NCBI RefSeq assembly: GCF_009914755.1
Contig: NC_060933.1
Strand: one strand, 5' to 3'
DNA from: the human T2T-CHM13v2.0 reference genome, Homo sapiens
DNA: 64,000 nt
The position numbers and the translations under genes were made by a program. Positions 1 to 22,753 of the stretch are shown one piece after another (positions within the stretch are counted from its first letter, which is position 1; each line of letters starts with the position of its first letter). The notes under the pieces were generated by a model. It was not told the DNA's origin, did no database searches, and saw nothing but the letters and a program-made list of their open reading frames with translations.

Positions 1-405
1 TTGAGGGAAAATTATTCTTTTCAGCTAATACATACAGAAGGAATATTAGAATTAGAATATCACCATTCTGGAACTCTTAATAAAATAATAGATATAGATG
101 AGATTCTTCAATGGCTGATAAAATTCTTAGGTTAAAAACGGCTGAATGGCATGTCCTTAACAGAGACTAAGGGGAAAGAAAAGTAAAAATAAATAAAATA
201 AAATAAAAAATAAAGGCTGAAAGGAAACTTTATAATAGAGAAATTAGGCTGACAACACTTGAATCTCTTTTCAATCTTAAAATCACAAAGAGAGACAACT
301 AGACATTCTCTATCTCCTAATGTATTGCTACAGAAAATCTAAGAACTACCTATGAATTGTTTTTGCCAAAAAATATAGAACCTAAATCTGATCACATCTC
401 TAATT

Positions 406-737
406 CAGGACTGTCCCAACAGAAATAATACATGAGCCACAAATGCAAAACACATATGTAATTCTAAATTTCTAATAGTCATATCTTTTTTTAAAAAAGA
501 AAAAGAAACAGATAAAATTAATGTTAATTATATATTTTATTTAACTCAATATATCCAAAATATTATTTCAGCATGTAGTCAATATGAAAAAAATAAATGA
601 GATATTCTACAAGCTTTTTTGGTAATCAAAATCCAGTGTGTATTTTACACTTAGAGCATATCTTAATTCAGACCAGCCACATTTCAAGTGCTCAATTGCC
701 ACATGTGGCTGGTGGCTGCCATAGTGAACAACACGGC
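406..737 (+). mobile_element. MER33-like hAT-Charlie DNA transposon
   Basis: CAGGACTGTCCCAACAGAAA...GCCACATTTCAAGTGCTCAATTGCCACATGTGGCTGGTGGCTGCC matches the recalled MER33/MER3 consensus. Confidence 0.8.
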
Positions 738-1033
738 TATAGAGCTTAGCCACCTGACAGGAAACATAAAGGATAATGAGTAACATGTTAAACATCAACA
801 CAAAGATGCAGGTGGCCAAGTACAGAATGTGGCAAATCTTACAGGACAAGTGACCCAGTTTTCTTCAACCAATACACTGATATAGAAAAAATGAAAGAGG
901 GAATAAGAACTCACATAGGATTTTATTGGCACCTTGATTTGAACAAGTTAACTATAAAAAGACACTTATGGGACAATTAGAGGAATTATAATACTTATTG
1001 GATAATAAAGAATTACTTCTTTAGGTAAGATAA

Positions 1034-1738
<705 letters not shown>

Positions 1739-2148
1739 TAATCCAACCAGGGGGAGGGAAGGGGTTGCTTAGATTTTTCATATGTTGGTAACTGTTGAAT
1801 CTGACAGGTATATGGGAGATCATGATACTATTTGTTCTACTTTTCTATGTTTGAAAAATTAATATAATTTTAAAGCTTGGGGAAAGAGAGAAAGCTTAGC
1901 GGAGTTAACCATTCAGCAACTGCAGAAATACTTCTGTTCCTAATTGGCATGGATTGACCAGGGGAAAAGAAGGCAAGGAGAGAAGAAAATAGTTGCCTAG
2001 AATTGTGAGAGTCTGTCTGGTCAGCCCTCTATCTCCAACCCTGGCATTCTATTACTACATAAGAACAGGGCAGTTGCTTTGCTGATTCCATCCCACATTC
2101 ATCCACTCTGCCTGTATGTAATGGGCAGTCTTTCAAGAAGGATTTTTA

Positions 2149-2641
<493 letters not shown>

Positions 2642-3027
2642 TTATTTTTTTATCAGCCAGCATTCTGTGACCACTGGAAGAAATTAACATTGGCCCATCC
2701 TCTGGAAAGAAAATACATTACTGAGCTGGGTGTGGTGGCTCACACCTATAAACCCAGCTACTTGGGAGGCTGAGGTGGAGCACTGCTTGAGGCCAGGAGT
2801 TCTAGGCCAGCCTAAGCAACACAGCAAGACCCCATCTCTTAAAAAATTCTAAAAACTGGCTGGGTGTGGTGGCTCATGCCTGTAATCCCAGCACTTTGGG
2901 AAGCCGAGGCGGGCAGATCACGAGGTGAAGAGATCAAGACCACCCTGGCCAACATGGTGAAACCCCGTCTCTACTAAAAATACAAAAATTAGCTGGGTAT
3001 GGTGGTGCATGCCTGTAGTCCCAGCTA

Positions 3028-3210
<183 letters not shown>

Positions 3211-3549
3211 TCATGAGGTCAGGAGATCGAGACCCTCTTGGCTAAAATGGTGAAACCCTGTCTCTACTAAAAATACAAAAAATTAGCCAGGCGTGGTGGC
3301 GGGTGCCTGTAGTCCCAGCTACTCAGGAGGCTGAGGCAGGAAAATGGCGTGAACCCGGGAGGCGGAGCTTGCAGTGAGCCGAGATTGTGCTACTGCACTC
3401 CAGCCTGGGCAATAGAGCGAGACTCCGTCTCAAAAAAAAAAAAAAAAGAAAAGAAAAAAAATTGTAAAAATTAGCTGGTAGGCTGAGTAGCTGGGACTAC
3501 AAGTGTGGACCACCATACCTAGCTATGTTTTTTTTTTAAGAGACGGGGT

Positions 3550-3594
3550 GGATGTGAGGGCGATCTGGCTGCGACATCTGTCACCCCATTGATC
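3550..3594 (+). pseudogene. 7SK snRNA 5' fragment (nt 1-45), inverted duplicate copy
   Basis: GGATGTGAGGGCGATCTGGCTGCGACATCTGTCACCCCATTGATC is identical to the recalled 7SK 5' end. Confidence 0.92.
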
Positions 3595-3785
3595 TAACTC
3601 CTAGGCTCAAGAGATTCTCTCACCTTGCCCTCCCAAAGTGCTGAGATTACAGATGTCAGCCACCATCAGCCTACCACTTAATTTTTACCTTTTTTTTTTT
3701 TTTGAGACGGAGTCTCGCTCTGTTGCCAGACTCTTGAGCCTAGGAGTTCGAGACCAGCCTGGGCAAAACAGAGAGACCCCGTCTC

Positions 3786-3839
3786 AACCCTGGAGATCAA
3801 TGGGGTGACAGATGTCGCAGCCAGATCTCCCTCACATCC
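3786..3839 (-). pseudogene. 7SK snRNA 5' fragment (nt 1-54), tailless insertion inside an AluJ-like element
   Basis: Minus strand GGATGTGAGGGAGATCTGGCTGCGACATCTGTCACCCCATTGATCTCCAGGGTT, flanked by ACCCCGTCTC (3776-3785) and ACCCTGTCTC (3840-3849); no poly(A). Confidence 0.92.
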
Positions 3840-3852
3840 ACCCTGTCTCTTA

Positions 3853-4032
<180 letters not shown>

Positions 4033-4723
4033 TCAGCTTTCCAAGAGTATCACAAGATTCTGATCTGTCAGTTGATGCTGGTACTGTCCACTCAAACATG
4101 TCTATTGGTTTTAATAATTTATGAGAAAGTATGACTAAAATTAATAAAACATTCTTCCCAAAAGGCTAAATGACCACAATGCTAATCACTTAAGTAACCA
4201 CTTAGGTAATTACATAGAAACTTTTGCGGACAGCAATCCAGCAAAAAAAAAAAAAAAAGAAAAAGAAAAGAAAAACATTCATTACTCAGAGGTGAAATAG
4301 GCTCATCCATCAGTGTGGCAGATTATTTGCTAAGAGAGCACCAGAGAGGCAATGAATGTATCCAATTGTCTTATGGCTTCTTTCAAGAAGAATGGATTAA
4401 TCTTCTCCCCCTACCTTTTTTTGGCGTGTAAGCTCTCTGAGATGCATTCCCTACTGTTTCTCTGCTGAAACTGTGTTTCATGTTAGAAGCAATCAATGTC
4501 CCTTTTAATAACTTAGGGTTGACCAACAATAGGTCATTACTTCATGGTTAATCAACTGTTGACACTTTAGTACAATGATTTATTTCAGGGCTAACAACTC
4601 TACTCTGTATCCCTGCAATGAAGAACTCCATGGTAGCAGGGTATCCTGTTGTTGAGAAAACATACTTCAAAGTCACATTAAAGGAAAGGCAGACAATGTA
4701 ACTCCCTGATATTTCCAGCTCAC

Positions 4724-4845
4724 CTGCCAAATGTCCTCTTGGCTGAATCTTTGATCTGAATTTGGATGACGGCATGGGAGCGGGAGGAGTCTGCATTAAC
4801 TCCAGTGGCCCCAGTGCTGCGCTCCTTGCTGCCCTTTAAGATCAC
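4724..4845 (-). CDS. KIF24: KIF24 coding exon 7 (122 nt, c.1216-1337): VILKGSKERSTGATGVNADSSRSHAVIQIQIKDSAKRTFG(R), switch I
   Basis: ttttcag|GTG ... GGCAG|gtgag; NxxSSRSH switch I motif; phase-0 start matches exon 6. Confidence 0.96.
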
Positions 4846-5548
4846 CTGAAAATAAAATCCACAGGATGACTTCCCCAAGGAGTAAACAAAAGCCTCTGGC
4901 TACTAAGAGTTGGCTAAGAGCAGTAGACAGCAGACATATAATTGTGTCAGTGCACTGCAGTTTTTTCTGTCCAGGTGGAAAACTGCTCAAACACTAAATT
5001 ATACCTAGTTAGTACCCAATGACAATGAAAACAATGTGAAATACTAATCCTGTGGAAGAACATTCCATAGCTCAAGAGCTAATTTACTTCTTGATCTCAT
5101 ATACTTTTTTTAGTATCTTTGATGGATTTAGCCTAACTAAAATCCCCAGGGCATAACTTGGCTCCAAAGCAAGGTCTCCTAATACCCATCTATCTTAGTA
5201 ACCAAGGCAAAGGACATAAATGTGCATTAAAGAATGACTAATCACATCCACCTGTTCTACCAGGATGCAGTCATAAAGGAGGGCAGGCCCGATGTAGAAA
5301 TATGGAAGTGATGAGTTACTGTAATTACCATAAGCCCATGATTTCCCTTGAGACTAATCCTCACTCACCCTAGACTGGGAGTAAAGACTAACAGGAGTCC
5401 TTCCGGCCATCATGGAATGGGGCAGGGGAGGTGAAGCGTCAGGATTGGCCTGCAGCCACTGAAAACACAGCCATTTAAGAACATGCTGCCCTTAGTTTGG
5501 ACAGGGGTATGAGTGTTAGTTACTGAGAATAAAAAAGGCAAAACAAAA

Positions 5549-7143
<1,595 letters not shown>

Positions 7144-7274
7144 AATCACCTACTATCAAGTTCAGGGGGAAAAATAAATTAAATAAAAGGTTTTAAGTTT
7201 TAGGTTTTTTGTTTGTTTGTTTGTTTTGGAGTTGTAAGTTAAGGATATGTCCCAGGAAATAAAACATAAACAAG

Positions 7275-7700
7275 ATCTGCACTCTCATGTTTGTTGCAGC
7301 CCTGTTCACAATAGCCAAGATTTGGAAGCAACCTAAGTGTTCATCAAGAGATGAATGGATAAAGAAAATGTGGTGCTCGTACACAATGGAGTACCGTTCA
7401 GCCATGAAAAAGAATGAGATCCTGTCATTTGCAACAACATGGATGGAACTGGAGATCATTATGTTAAGTGAAATAAGCCAGGCATAGAAAGACAAACATC
7501 ACATGTTCTCACTTATGTGTGTGATCTAAAAATCAAAGCAATTGAACCCATGGACATAGACACTAGAAGGATGGTTACCACAGAGGCTGGGAAGGGTAGT
7601 GGGGATGTAGGGGTGGTTAATAGGTACACAAAAAAAAGAAATAATGAATAAGACCTACTATTTGACAATACAACAGGGTGACTATAGTCAACAATATTTT
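7275..7700 (+). mobile_element. L1 (L1MA-like) 3' fragment: ORF2 C-terminus plus 3' UTR
   Basis: Translation MFVAALFTIAKIWKQPKCSSRDEWIKKMW...SFATTWMELEIIMLSEISQ is the L1 ORF2p C-terminal region. Confidence 0.9.
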
Positions 7701-7703
7701 ATT

Positions 7704-9057
<1,354 letters not shown>

Positions 9058-10584
9058 TTAATTTATATCATATTGAACATAGTCACAGTTTCCAAATTAA
9101 GAATCCAAAAGTTGACAGAGCCAAACTTCAACAATAAGACATAAAATATCTTAACAAGTAGTAGTGGTTGCTTTTTAGAAATTTAATTAACTAAAAATAT
9201 TTTTTCCATGATCTAAGCAATAGTATGTTTCTAAAGATTATCTGTATGTGAGATGTAAAATCAAAATTCAGAATCATACTTAAATACACCCATTTTGTAA
9301 AAAGTTTGCTAAAAATTTAAAGAGACAACATGATGAATCCTTTTGTAAAGAGAAGACTGCTAATTTATAAAGCTAGATCATCAACTATATGGCTACCACC
9401 TTTAAGCTAATGAAATCATAAGAGCTACAGTGGTAATCTCTTATACTGGATATGGCAAGTGCTGAGAAAAAAGCACTGCTAACTAAGCTCAGATGCTGGG
9501 TAAGACACTTAAGGCCAGCGCTGTGACTGAACCATCTGGTTTAAATGCACTTTCTGGCCCTGGCTTCTCCCTGTCCCTTTCACTTCATGTTTACACAGGC
9601 TGGGATGCGATGCTGATGGATCATCATAGATTGGTATCGTTCCTTTTTCAAACTCTTTTTTTTCTTCATTAGAAAAGACAAACTTACTGTGGAAAACTTG
9701 GAAAATATAGGAAAAGGATAAAGAAGAGAATATATATCTCTCATAATCCCAGTGATTATAAAATTCTGGTATATTTCCTTTTAGAGTTTTAGATTTCTTA
9801 CAGGTCTTTTTTTTTGTCATTTACAAATCCTATGAAAAGACAAGGGAGGTCTTAAACCTTTACATTTGTAAAAGCAATATGTCTGACTAATAAGGAACAC
9901 AGAGAAGCTAAGTGACTTATACAAGGTCACATAGGTAGAATATTGTCAGGCCAGGAATAGAAGCCAGATATCCTCTTCTACATGTGAGTAATGATGTTAC
10001 TAATGATGCTAGTCCACTGAGACCTAGTGAGAGCTCAGAGAGGCCTCAAGACCATACTTCACAAGGAAACGTGGATATGAACAGGAAATGCAAAGGGCGG
10101 CCCTGTGGTTCTTCCTCAAGAGTGTCAAAAAAGATTGGCTTCTGAGATTGTGTTACAGACTTTTGAACTTGGGTTTTCACTGCATCTTGTACACCATAAT
10201 GTACTGGGTATCTCTAAGTGCATCTCAGAGACCTAACATGTTGAGATGCCCTTTCCTGGTTAAATATATTTTAGAGAAGGCATGAGGAGTTTCTGGTCCT
10301 TGGGCCAATTTTTTCCAATAACAGCTTGCTGTAGTCATGCCTTCCAGAAACTATATAATAATGCACCTGAGCTATGAAGAGTAAAAATGAGGCAGTCTGT
10401 GAATATCAAAGTCATCACATTTTTGTAAATGACATACACAACTGAAGTATAGCAGTTAAAACGGTGAAATCTGGAGTCAGGTTGCCAGGGTTCACATGCC
10501 AGCTCTACCATGTGGTTGTGTAGACTACCGCAAGTCACTTAACTTTTAAGGGTCTCAGTTTCTTATCTATAAAATGGGAATTAT

Positions 10585-11712
<1,128 letters not shown>

Positions 11713-12594
11713 AACTGTGGTGGTGCTGGGAAACATCATTCAGGGACTTAATAAGAATAATACATGTGGAAAGTTGAGCCAGCATCATACTATAAATTTT
11801 ATGTATGTCATCTCACTTCCTTCTCCCCATCATCCAACCCAATCATCTATCATTATCTACATGTTTCAGGCTCAGAGAGATAAAGGATGTGCTTAAGGAT
11901 ACATGGCACTGTAACTGGCTGCCCATTACAGCCAAGGCAATGATAAAACATGAAACAAGTTTATCAAAATTCCTAGGAATGAATACCTCTGACTATATAA
12001 AATGGGTATAGGAATGACTGTAAAAAATTGTGAATCTCTAAAACTGAAAAACATGCCCATTAATTGTCTGACAAAATCTCGATTCCAAATCTGGGAAATG
12101 TGATGAGGCAGTGAGTCCTCTGTAAAGGCAGGAAGTTCTGGTGCCTGCGTTGGCAAGAAATCAAATACACTGGGAAGGAGAAACTTCCTGGAGGAAGGAC
12201 AATCCCATTTGAATAATGAAGCTACCAGTTGTGCAGGCAGGCCATGCCTGAGTAATCCTGAGGGTGATCTGAGAGGGTAATACTCCAAGATGACACTTGA
12301 GCAAACACATGGGTGATACCTGAGCGAGTATGAACAGTGACACCTGAGAGTGAAATGTGACACCTGAGTTAGCAAGTGCTGTTGTTTCAAGTCAATAAAT
12401 ATTTATTTATGAGGATAACTGTGTCAGGTATCCATAAATTATATAAGCTTTCCACCTTGATCTCAGCTGGCTTCCTCCTTGTACAACACCATATGTCCTG
12501 CAGACTGAGGGTATCAATGGCGATAATATGTTGACTAACAAGGAACTTTTTTTCTGATTTTCTTAGGAACCATACTTTAGAATAGAACAGTGCC

Positions 12595-12965
<371 letters not shown>

Positions 12966-13537
12966 CTAAAGGCAATGAAGAGTCTTCTTCTGAGTGTTTG
13001 CTTCTTTCGCCTTTAATTGGTCTAATCTTCAGTGACAAAGGAATCCTGAGGACCAGACTCACCTGATGCTCCTGGCCAAATGTGGGAGTGGCTGGAGGTA
13101 GGGGCAAGAGGACCACAGGGAACAGAGTATGAGAAACAATTTCCTTAGGACTCCACAGCAGAGGAAGCTCTGGGGAGAATGGTCACAGCCCCAGGGCAGC
13201 CCTTCAGCATGCCCCACACACTTTTGTTCTGTACCTACCTTTGCAATCACTAGAAAGAGGCTCTTAGTGATTGCACTAAAACAGACACACTCGGGCGCTA
13301 TACTCAGGTTTTGGATCCCAGGACCCAGGAATCTAATAACGCAAACGTGAAGTGTCATCCCTTAAGCAAAATTTAACTACAGTATTTGTCTCAGGAAAAA
13401 GAAACTTAGAAAAAGATATATACCAATGATGGGCCACCATGCCACTGCACACACCCAAGTCCCAAGTATTAATTTTGAAAAAGCAACAACAAAATTTTCC
13501 ACAAACCCTGTTATTTGAAGATTAAACAGTCCTTTAA

Positions 13538-13921
<384 letters not shown>

Positions 13922-14515
13922 TAAGAAAAACTGATTTCTAATTATACACTATAGGTAGTAGAGTATCGTGAAAAGGGCTTCAGAGTGAGATCAATCCAAG
14001 CTGAAATCTTGCTCTGCCAGCTGTTAGCTATGTGATTCTGGGTTATCACTTGATTTTAACCTCAGTATTTTCACCTCTTAGAGAAGTTTACAATATTTAC
14101 CTTGATTTTGTGATGACTAAATGGGGTAATATTTGCAAAAACCTCTAACAAAGCATTTGGTAGATAGTGCTCACTAAACATTTGCAATTATTATTAGAAC
14201 ACAGTGAAAAGGAAGGCAGGAAAGATCAAGAGTAGAATCAGCTAGAGAGGCTTGAACTTTGGCATTCGCTGGAGGCATTTCTACAATGCCAAACCTGACT
14301 GCTTTCCCTGGTCTCTTAAGCTTGGTTGAAGACTCAGATACTTCTCCCTGGAGGAGTGTACCATGAAGCTATACTAAGCTAAGTCTTGTTAAGTGCCTGG
14401 CCTATCCTTCTAGTCCTCTCCCTTTTACTCTAGCCAGGCTTGTTGGATGTACTAGAAGAAAGACTGCGATGGCTGCATGTTAGAATCACCTGGGGAGCTT
14501 TTAAAATAATACCCA

Positions 14516-17470
<2,955 letters not shown>

Positions 17471-17926
17471 TTAAATCATTTTTTAAGTAAGGAAAAAAAG
17501 GCTCCAAACAATCTAATGTAAAGCCAAGGTTGAGGAACACTGCATTAAAGGAAGGTTCAACAGAAATCTATTTGTACTTACGTTAATAAATGCCCAGAAC
17601 AGGAAAAAAAAATTAAATATTTTACCGTGGACAGTGGATAGCTCAGTGGGGAACAGGGGAAGTGGGGTATGTATAGTAAGTTAGAGGGGCCTTTACTATC
17701 TTCTTACATATTTCTGTAATGTTTAAACTTAATGATAAGTATGACTTTTATTACAATAAAAGAATAACTTAATAAAAGAAGCAGATTGAAAAATTCCTTT
17801 GGAAGGACACACAAAAAACTAATAAAATTAGTTGCTCTGGAAAAGGAAATGGAAGTGGGTATTTTCACTTTTGAATTCTGAACTCATGTGATAGTATTAC
17901 TTATTAAAAATTGTATTTAAAATAAG

Positions 17927-18990
<1,064 letters not shown>

Positions 18991-19198
18991 CTACCTCCCA
19001 CTAATCGTGGGAGAAACCCTATAGAGAAACAAGCTATCCTCTCAGAAAAGAATTCACATTTTACAGATGTGAAGTGGTGGGCTTGTCATTGCCCTTTGCC
19101 TAAATATAAGTCCACAGTACTTGCTTAGTAGCAAAATGAATTTGTTCCCTGTACTTACACTGTTGTGGTGGGGTAATAAAGAAGGAAGAATTAATTAC

Positions 19199-19286
19199 CT
19201 CTAAGAGGAGCTCCACACTGTCCACCTGAAGCTCTTGCAGTCCCACTATCTGCACCATGTGCTTGCTATCTTCTCTTGCAAAGAGC
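19199..19286 (-). CDS. KIF24: KIF24 coding exon 6 (88 nt, c.1128-1215): (R)LFAREDSKHMVQIVGLQELQVDSVELLLE
   Basis: ctgcag|G ... GAG|gtaatt; kinesin-13-like RED...VQIVGLQE; lies inside ORF 19100..19360. Confidence 0.95.
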
Positions 19287-19479
19287 CTGCAGATGCAAGA
19301 AAGTGGTTGGTATGATGGTGCTACTAAAACAGACTTTGTTCTTGCCTCCCCAGAAACCATTCCACCATTCCTCTATTAAGTAGCAGTTTTCTGTTTGAGT
19401 GGGATGGATGCTTATCCTCCTCCCAACCCCACCCTCCTGACCTCAGCCCGATTCAGGGGTGGTTGTTGATTGTTGTAAA

Positions 19480-19955
19480 ATAAATCAACAACTCTGGCTA
19501 CAATTAAAAGAATGAGCACATATCTAAACTATGCTAATCAGTGGATGATGTACACCTGGCTATACTGTGATTTGTTCAGAGGTGGATATGGGATCTCTGC
19601 TGGTCCAATCAAAGTAAAGTCCTGGTCTCTGGTTGTTAGATGCCTGGTGAAGTGATGCTCTCTCTCTGTCCCTGGATGTGAAAGCATATGGCCCTGTGGC
19701 CCTGGGAGCAGTGGAAGCCATTTTGTATCTACAAAGAGAGTTGGCTTCAGGATGAAACTAATAACACAGAAGACAGAATGAAGAGATGCAAATAAACTGG
19801 GTCCTTATTGCATCCCTGAGCTGCTGGAGTAAACCAATGCTGAAGCCTGACTGTCCTCTAAGCTTTCCAGTTATTTGAGCCAATGATTTCCCTAAATGCT
19901 TAAGCTAGTACACATGGGGTTTTCTTTTATTTGCAATGTAAAGAGACCTGATACA
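19480..19955 (+). mobile_element. MaLR LTR remnant (MLT1J/K-like)
   Basis: ...GAGCTGCTGGAGTAAACC...TTTCCAGTTATTTGAGCCAAT...GCTTAAGCTAG...GGGGTTTTCTTTTATTTGCAA, typical of an MLT1 3' end. Confidence 0.65.
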
Positions 19956-21429
19956 TCTTATAAAGGAGCAAGGAAGAGCTGGGCTGCATCTGAATGCCTT
20001 AGGACTGCATTCAAGGTAATAAATGGTTATGGTCTACCATCATCATTAAACCAGATCCACTGAGAGGCATATGTTGAATCTATCAAAGACTCTAAGATTA
20101 TTTTTCCCTCTTAATAAGATACTGATTAGGGTTAAGAACGGAATTCCACTTCATAACTTAAAATACAAGAATGATTTTCTCAAAAATAATTTTTTTCTCA
20201 GTCTATGCTTCATCCCAGTTTTCCAGATCTCTACAGAAGGATTGGAGGGAAACAGCCTCACCAATGCCCATCATCTCTCTGAAAACAAATCTATTAAAAC
20301 AGTCAGCCTTCTAGAGTAAAAGAATCTAGCCGTTGGATGCAGTGGTGTGTGTCTGTAGTCCCAGCTATTCAGAAGGCTGAGGCAGGAGGATTGCTTGAGC
20401 TCAGGAGTTTGAGGCTGTAGTACGCTATGATTGCGCCTGTGAATAGTCACTATGTTACAGCCGCGTAACACAGCAAGAGCCCATCTCTGTTTAAAAAAAA
20501 AAAAAAAAAAGGAAGATCTAACTTTTAGAGCCCTGCTGTCATTCCTGAACATATTTCCCAGGCCTTAATCTCTGAGCCCACCCCAGAAAGATTCCTCATG
20601 GACAGCCTAAAATGTACTTCAGCTTTTATGCAAGGTATAAAAACAATTTATCCTCTACTTCTAGGAATTAATTTCAAGATCCTTAAGCTTTGTTTTCCAG
20701 TTTAAGAGGCACACTGAACATACATACTTTTGTCTACCCTTGTCAAAGCCCCACTATTATAGAAAATAAATCTTATTTAAAAATTGGTCAGGCACAGTGG
20801 CTGAAACCTGTAATCCTAACACTTTGGGAGGCCTAGAGAGGAGGATTGTTTGAGCCCAGGAGTTTGAGAACAGCCTGGGTAAGTAACATAGGGAGACCCT
20901 GTGTCTACAAAAAATAAAAATTAGCAGGGCATGGTAGCATGTACCTGTAGTCCCAGTTACCTGGGAGGCTGGGATGGGAGGATCACTTCAGCCCAGGAGG
21001 ATGAGGCTGCAGTGAGCTGTGGTGGCACCACTGTACTCCAGCCTGGGCGACAGAGCAATACCTTGCCTCAGAAAAAGAAAAAAAAAAAATCAACAGGGTA
21101 AAGCATAACAGCATAAACAGGAAAGGGTGCCATCAATGGACCAGAACATTTCAGAAGCCCCAGAAAGGTAGGAAATAGATTAGATTAGACAATTAAATGG
21201 ATATATATATATATACATGAACCCCACAGGCCATGACACTTGTAGAGTAAGCATAGGTCTTCCCTAGTGAGCCTCAGAGAAGCATCAAACCCAAGAGTTA
21301 ATATATGCCTATTCCCCTGCTACAACTGAGGAATGCAAATATACAGGGCAATAAAATAATCTGGGCAATTCATTAAAGAAATGCGTTCAGAAAGAGCTAG
21401 ATATCCTAACCTCCCTTCACCCAAATAAA

Positions 21430-21430
<1 letters not shown>

Positions 21431-21474
<44 letters not shown>
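21431..21474. repeat. (CA)22 microsatellite, read as (UG)n in the KIF24 pre-mRNA
   Basis: Perfect dinucleotide run. Confidence 0.98.
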
Positions 21475-21475
<1 letters not shown>

Positions 21476-22753
21476 CACAGTGGCTTTTATTCCATGGCAA
21501 TTGTTCTTTAAGGGAAGTGGGCATTCTGACTGGAAAGGGCTCCTAATGAGGGCATTGGAGCTTGATGGAGAAGCTGTGATTGAGCTAATTCGAGACTTCA
21601 ACACCAAGAAGGTAAAAAAGAAAGGCAACTCTTCCTCAAGCATCCCCAGAGTAGCACCCTCTTTTATTTCGCAGTTGTTTGGTCAGGACTGAATTCTGAA
21701 CACCTATACAATCTCAAGTGGCATATCTGAAGGTCCCCTTTTCACTGGAATAGTTATAGGAGAGAGGCCTGCCTAAGCCCACTCGCTGGCTTCTCCAGTT
21801 ATGCTACTCAGTACCCTACTGACCCTCTACAATGGGGGCCTGCCCTATCATGGTCTCCCTATTGAACTGGAACTGCTCCCCCACTCCCCATTCCATTGCT
21901 TGCTTGGAGCATGCAAAACTTGTGCATCCTTTTGGACAGCTCCATAGAGGCTTAGATACCTTTGTTGCCGGGCTAGTCTCAAGCTGATTAGGTTTCCCTA
22001 GTCTTCCAGGAGGCTCAGCCTCAATTCACTCCTCCAACATCTCAAATCTGGTTAATTCTGTTATGACAGCCTTTAATCCTTCCACCTCCCCCATTCCCTC
22101 TAACCTCTATTCTCCCATTTCCTCCACAACTTCTTTTGCCTCCTACTCAGTTTAAGTCATCTGTTTCAACCTAAACAAAACTTCATGCAAGAAAAATATA
22201 ATAGGTGTTTAAAAGCAGAGTTACTGAATACATTTCTAAATTACTATATTATGTTGCAAGAGCAATAGTTTAAGCCTAACAAGGGTTAAAACTCTAAAGA
22301 GAAGATTTTCTTTTCTTCTTATTGATTTCAGAAAACTATCATGGTGTTTACCCTAAGATTATTTAGAGGAAAAACAAGAGAAAGTAGAAAACATTATTTA
22401 TAGTTTTTCCAGTATAATAATAGGTCAAAAGAACAGGAAGGGGTTTAAGTACGTGTTGATTTCCTGATTTCCTGAAATTATGACCTTCTTCATAGACCAA
22501 AATAAAAGGGAAAGTCTTTTGATAGACATTAGAATATTGAACACTTTAAAAAATATTAATGAAAAGCTAATTTACATTTTCCTATAGCTGAATTGACAGC
22601 TAGAAAATATGTATCTGATGCAGGAGCCTCATTTCACAAAAGGGCACTAATGTACCAAAGCATCTCATTAAAGCCTATGATTCAGTGATTCTCCGGGACT
22701 CTGGCTTAAAATAGCGATGAACAGATTTATCGCTTCCCACTCATATTCAGTAC

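Noticed and set aside
3550-3839. 7SK fragments as functional Pol III genes
   Set aside because: Only 45-54 nt of a roughly 330-nt RNA, embedded in Alu, with no recognisable upstream PSE/TATA.
7193-7495. L1 ORF2-like peptide as an active element
   Set aside because: Only a roughly 400-bp 3' fragment, with no RT or EN domain.
12291-12368. Repeat-spacer pattern superficially like a CRISPR array
   Set aside because: Eukaryotic intron, 11-bp repeats, 9-13-bp spacers and no cas genes. Kept only as a possible transcription-factor motif cluster.
11926-12390. 154-aa minus-strand ORF in intron 6
   Set aside because: Non-ATG start, no recognisable domain and no evident splice context; probably a chance ORF.
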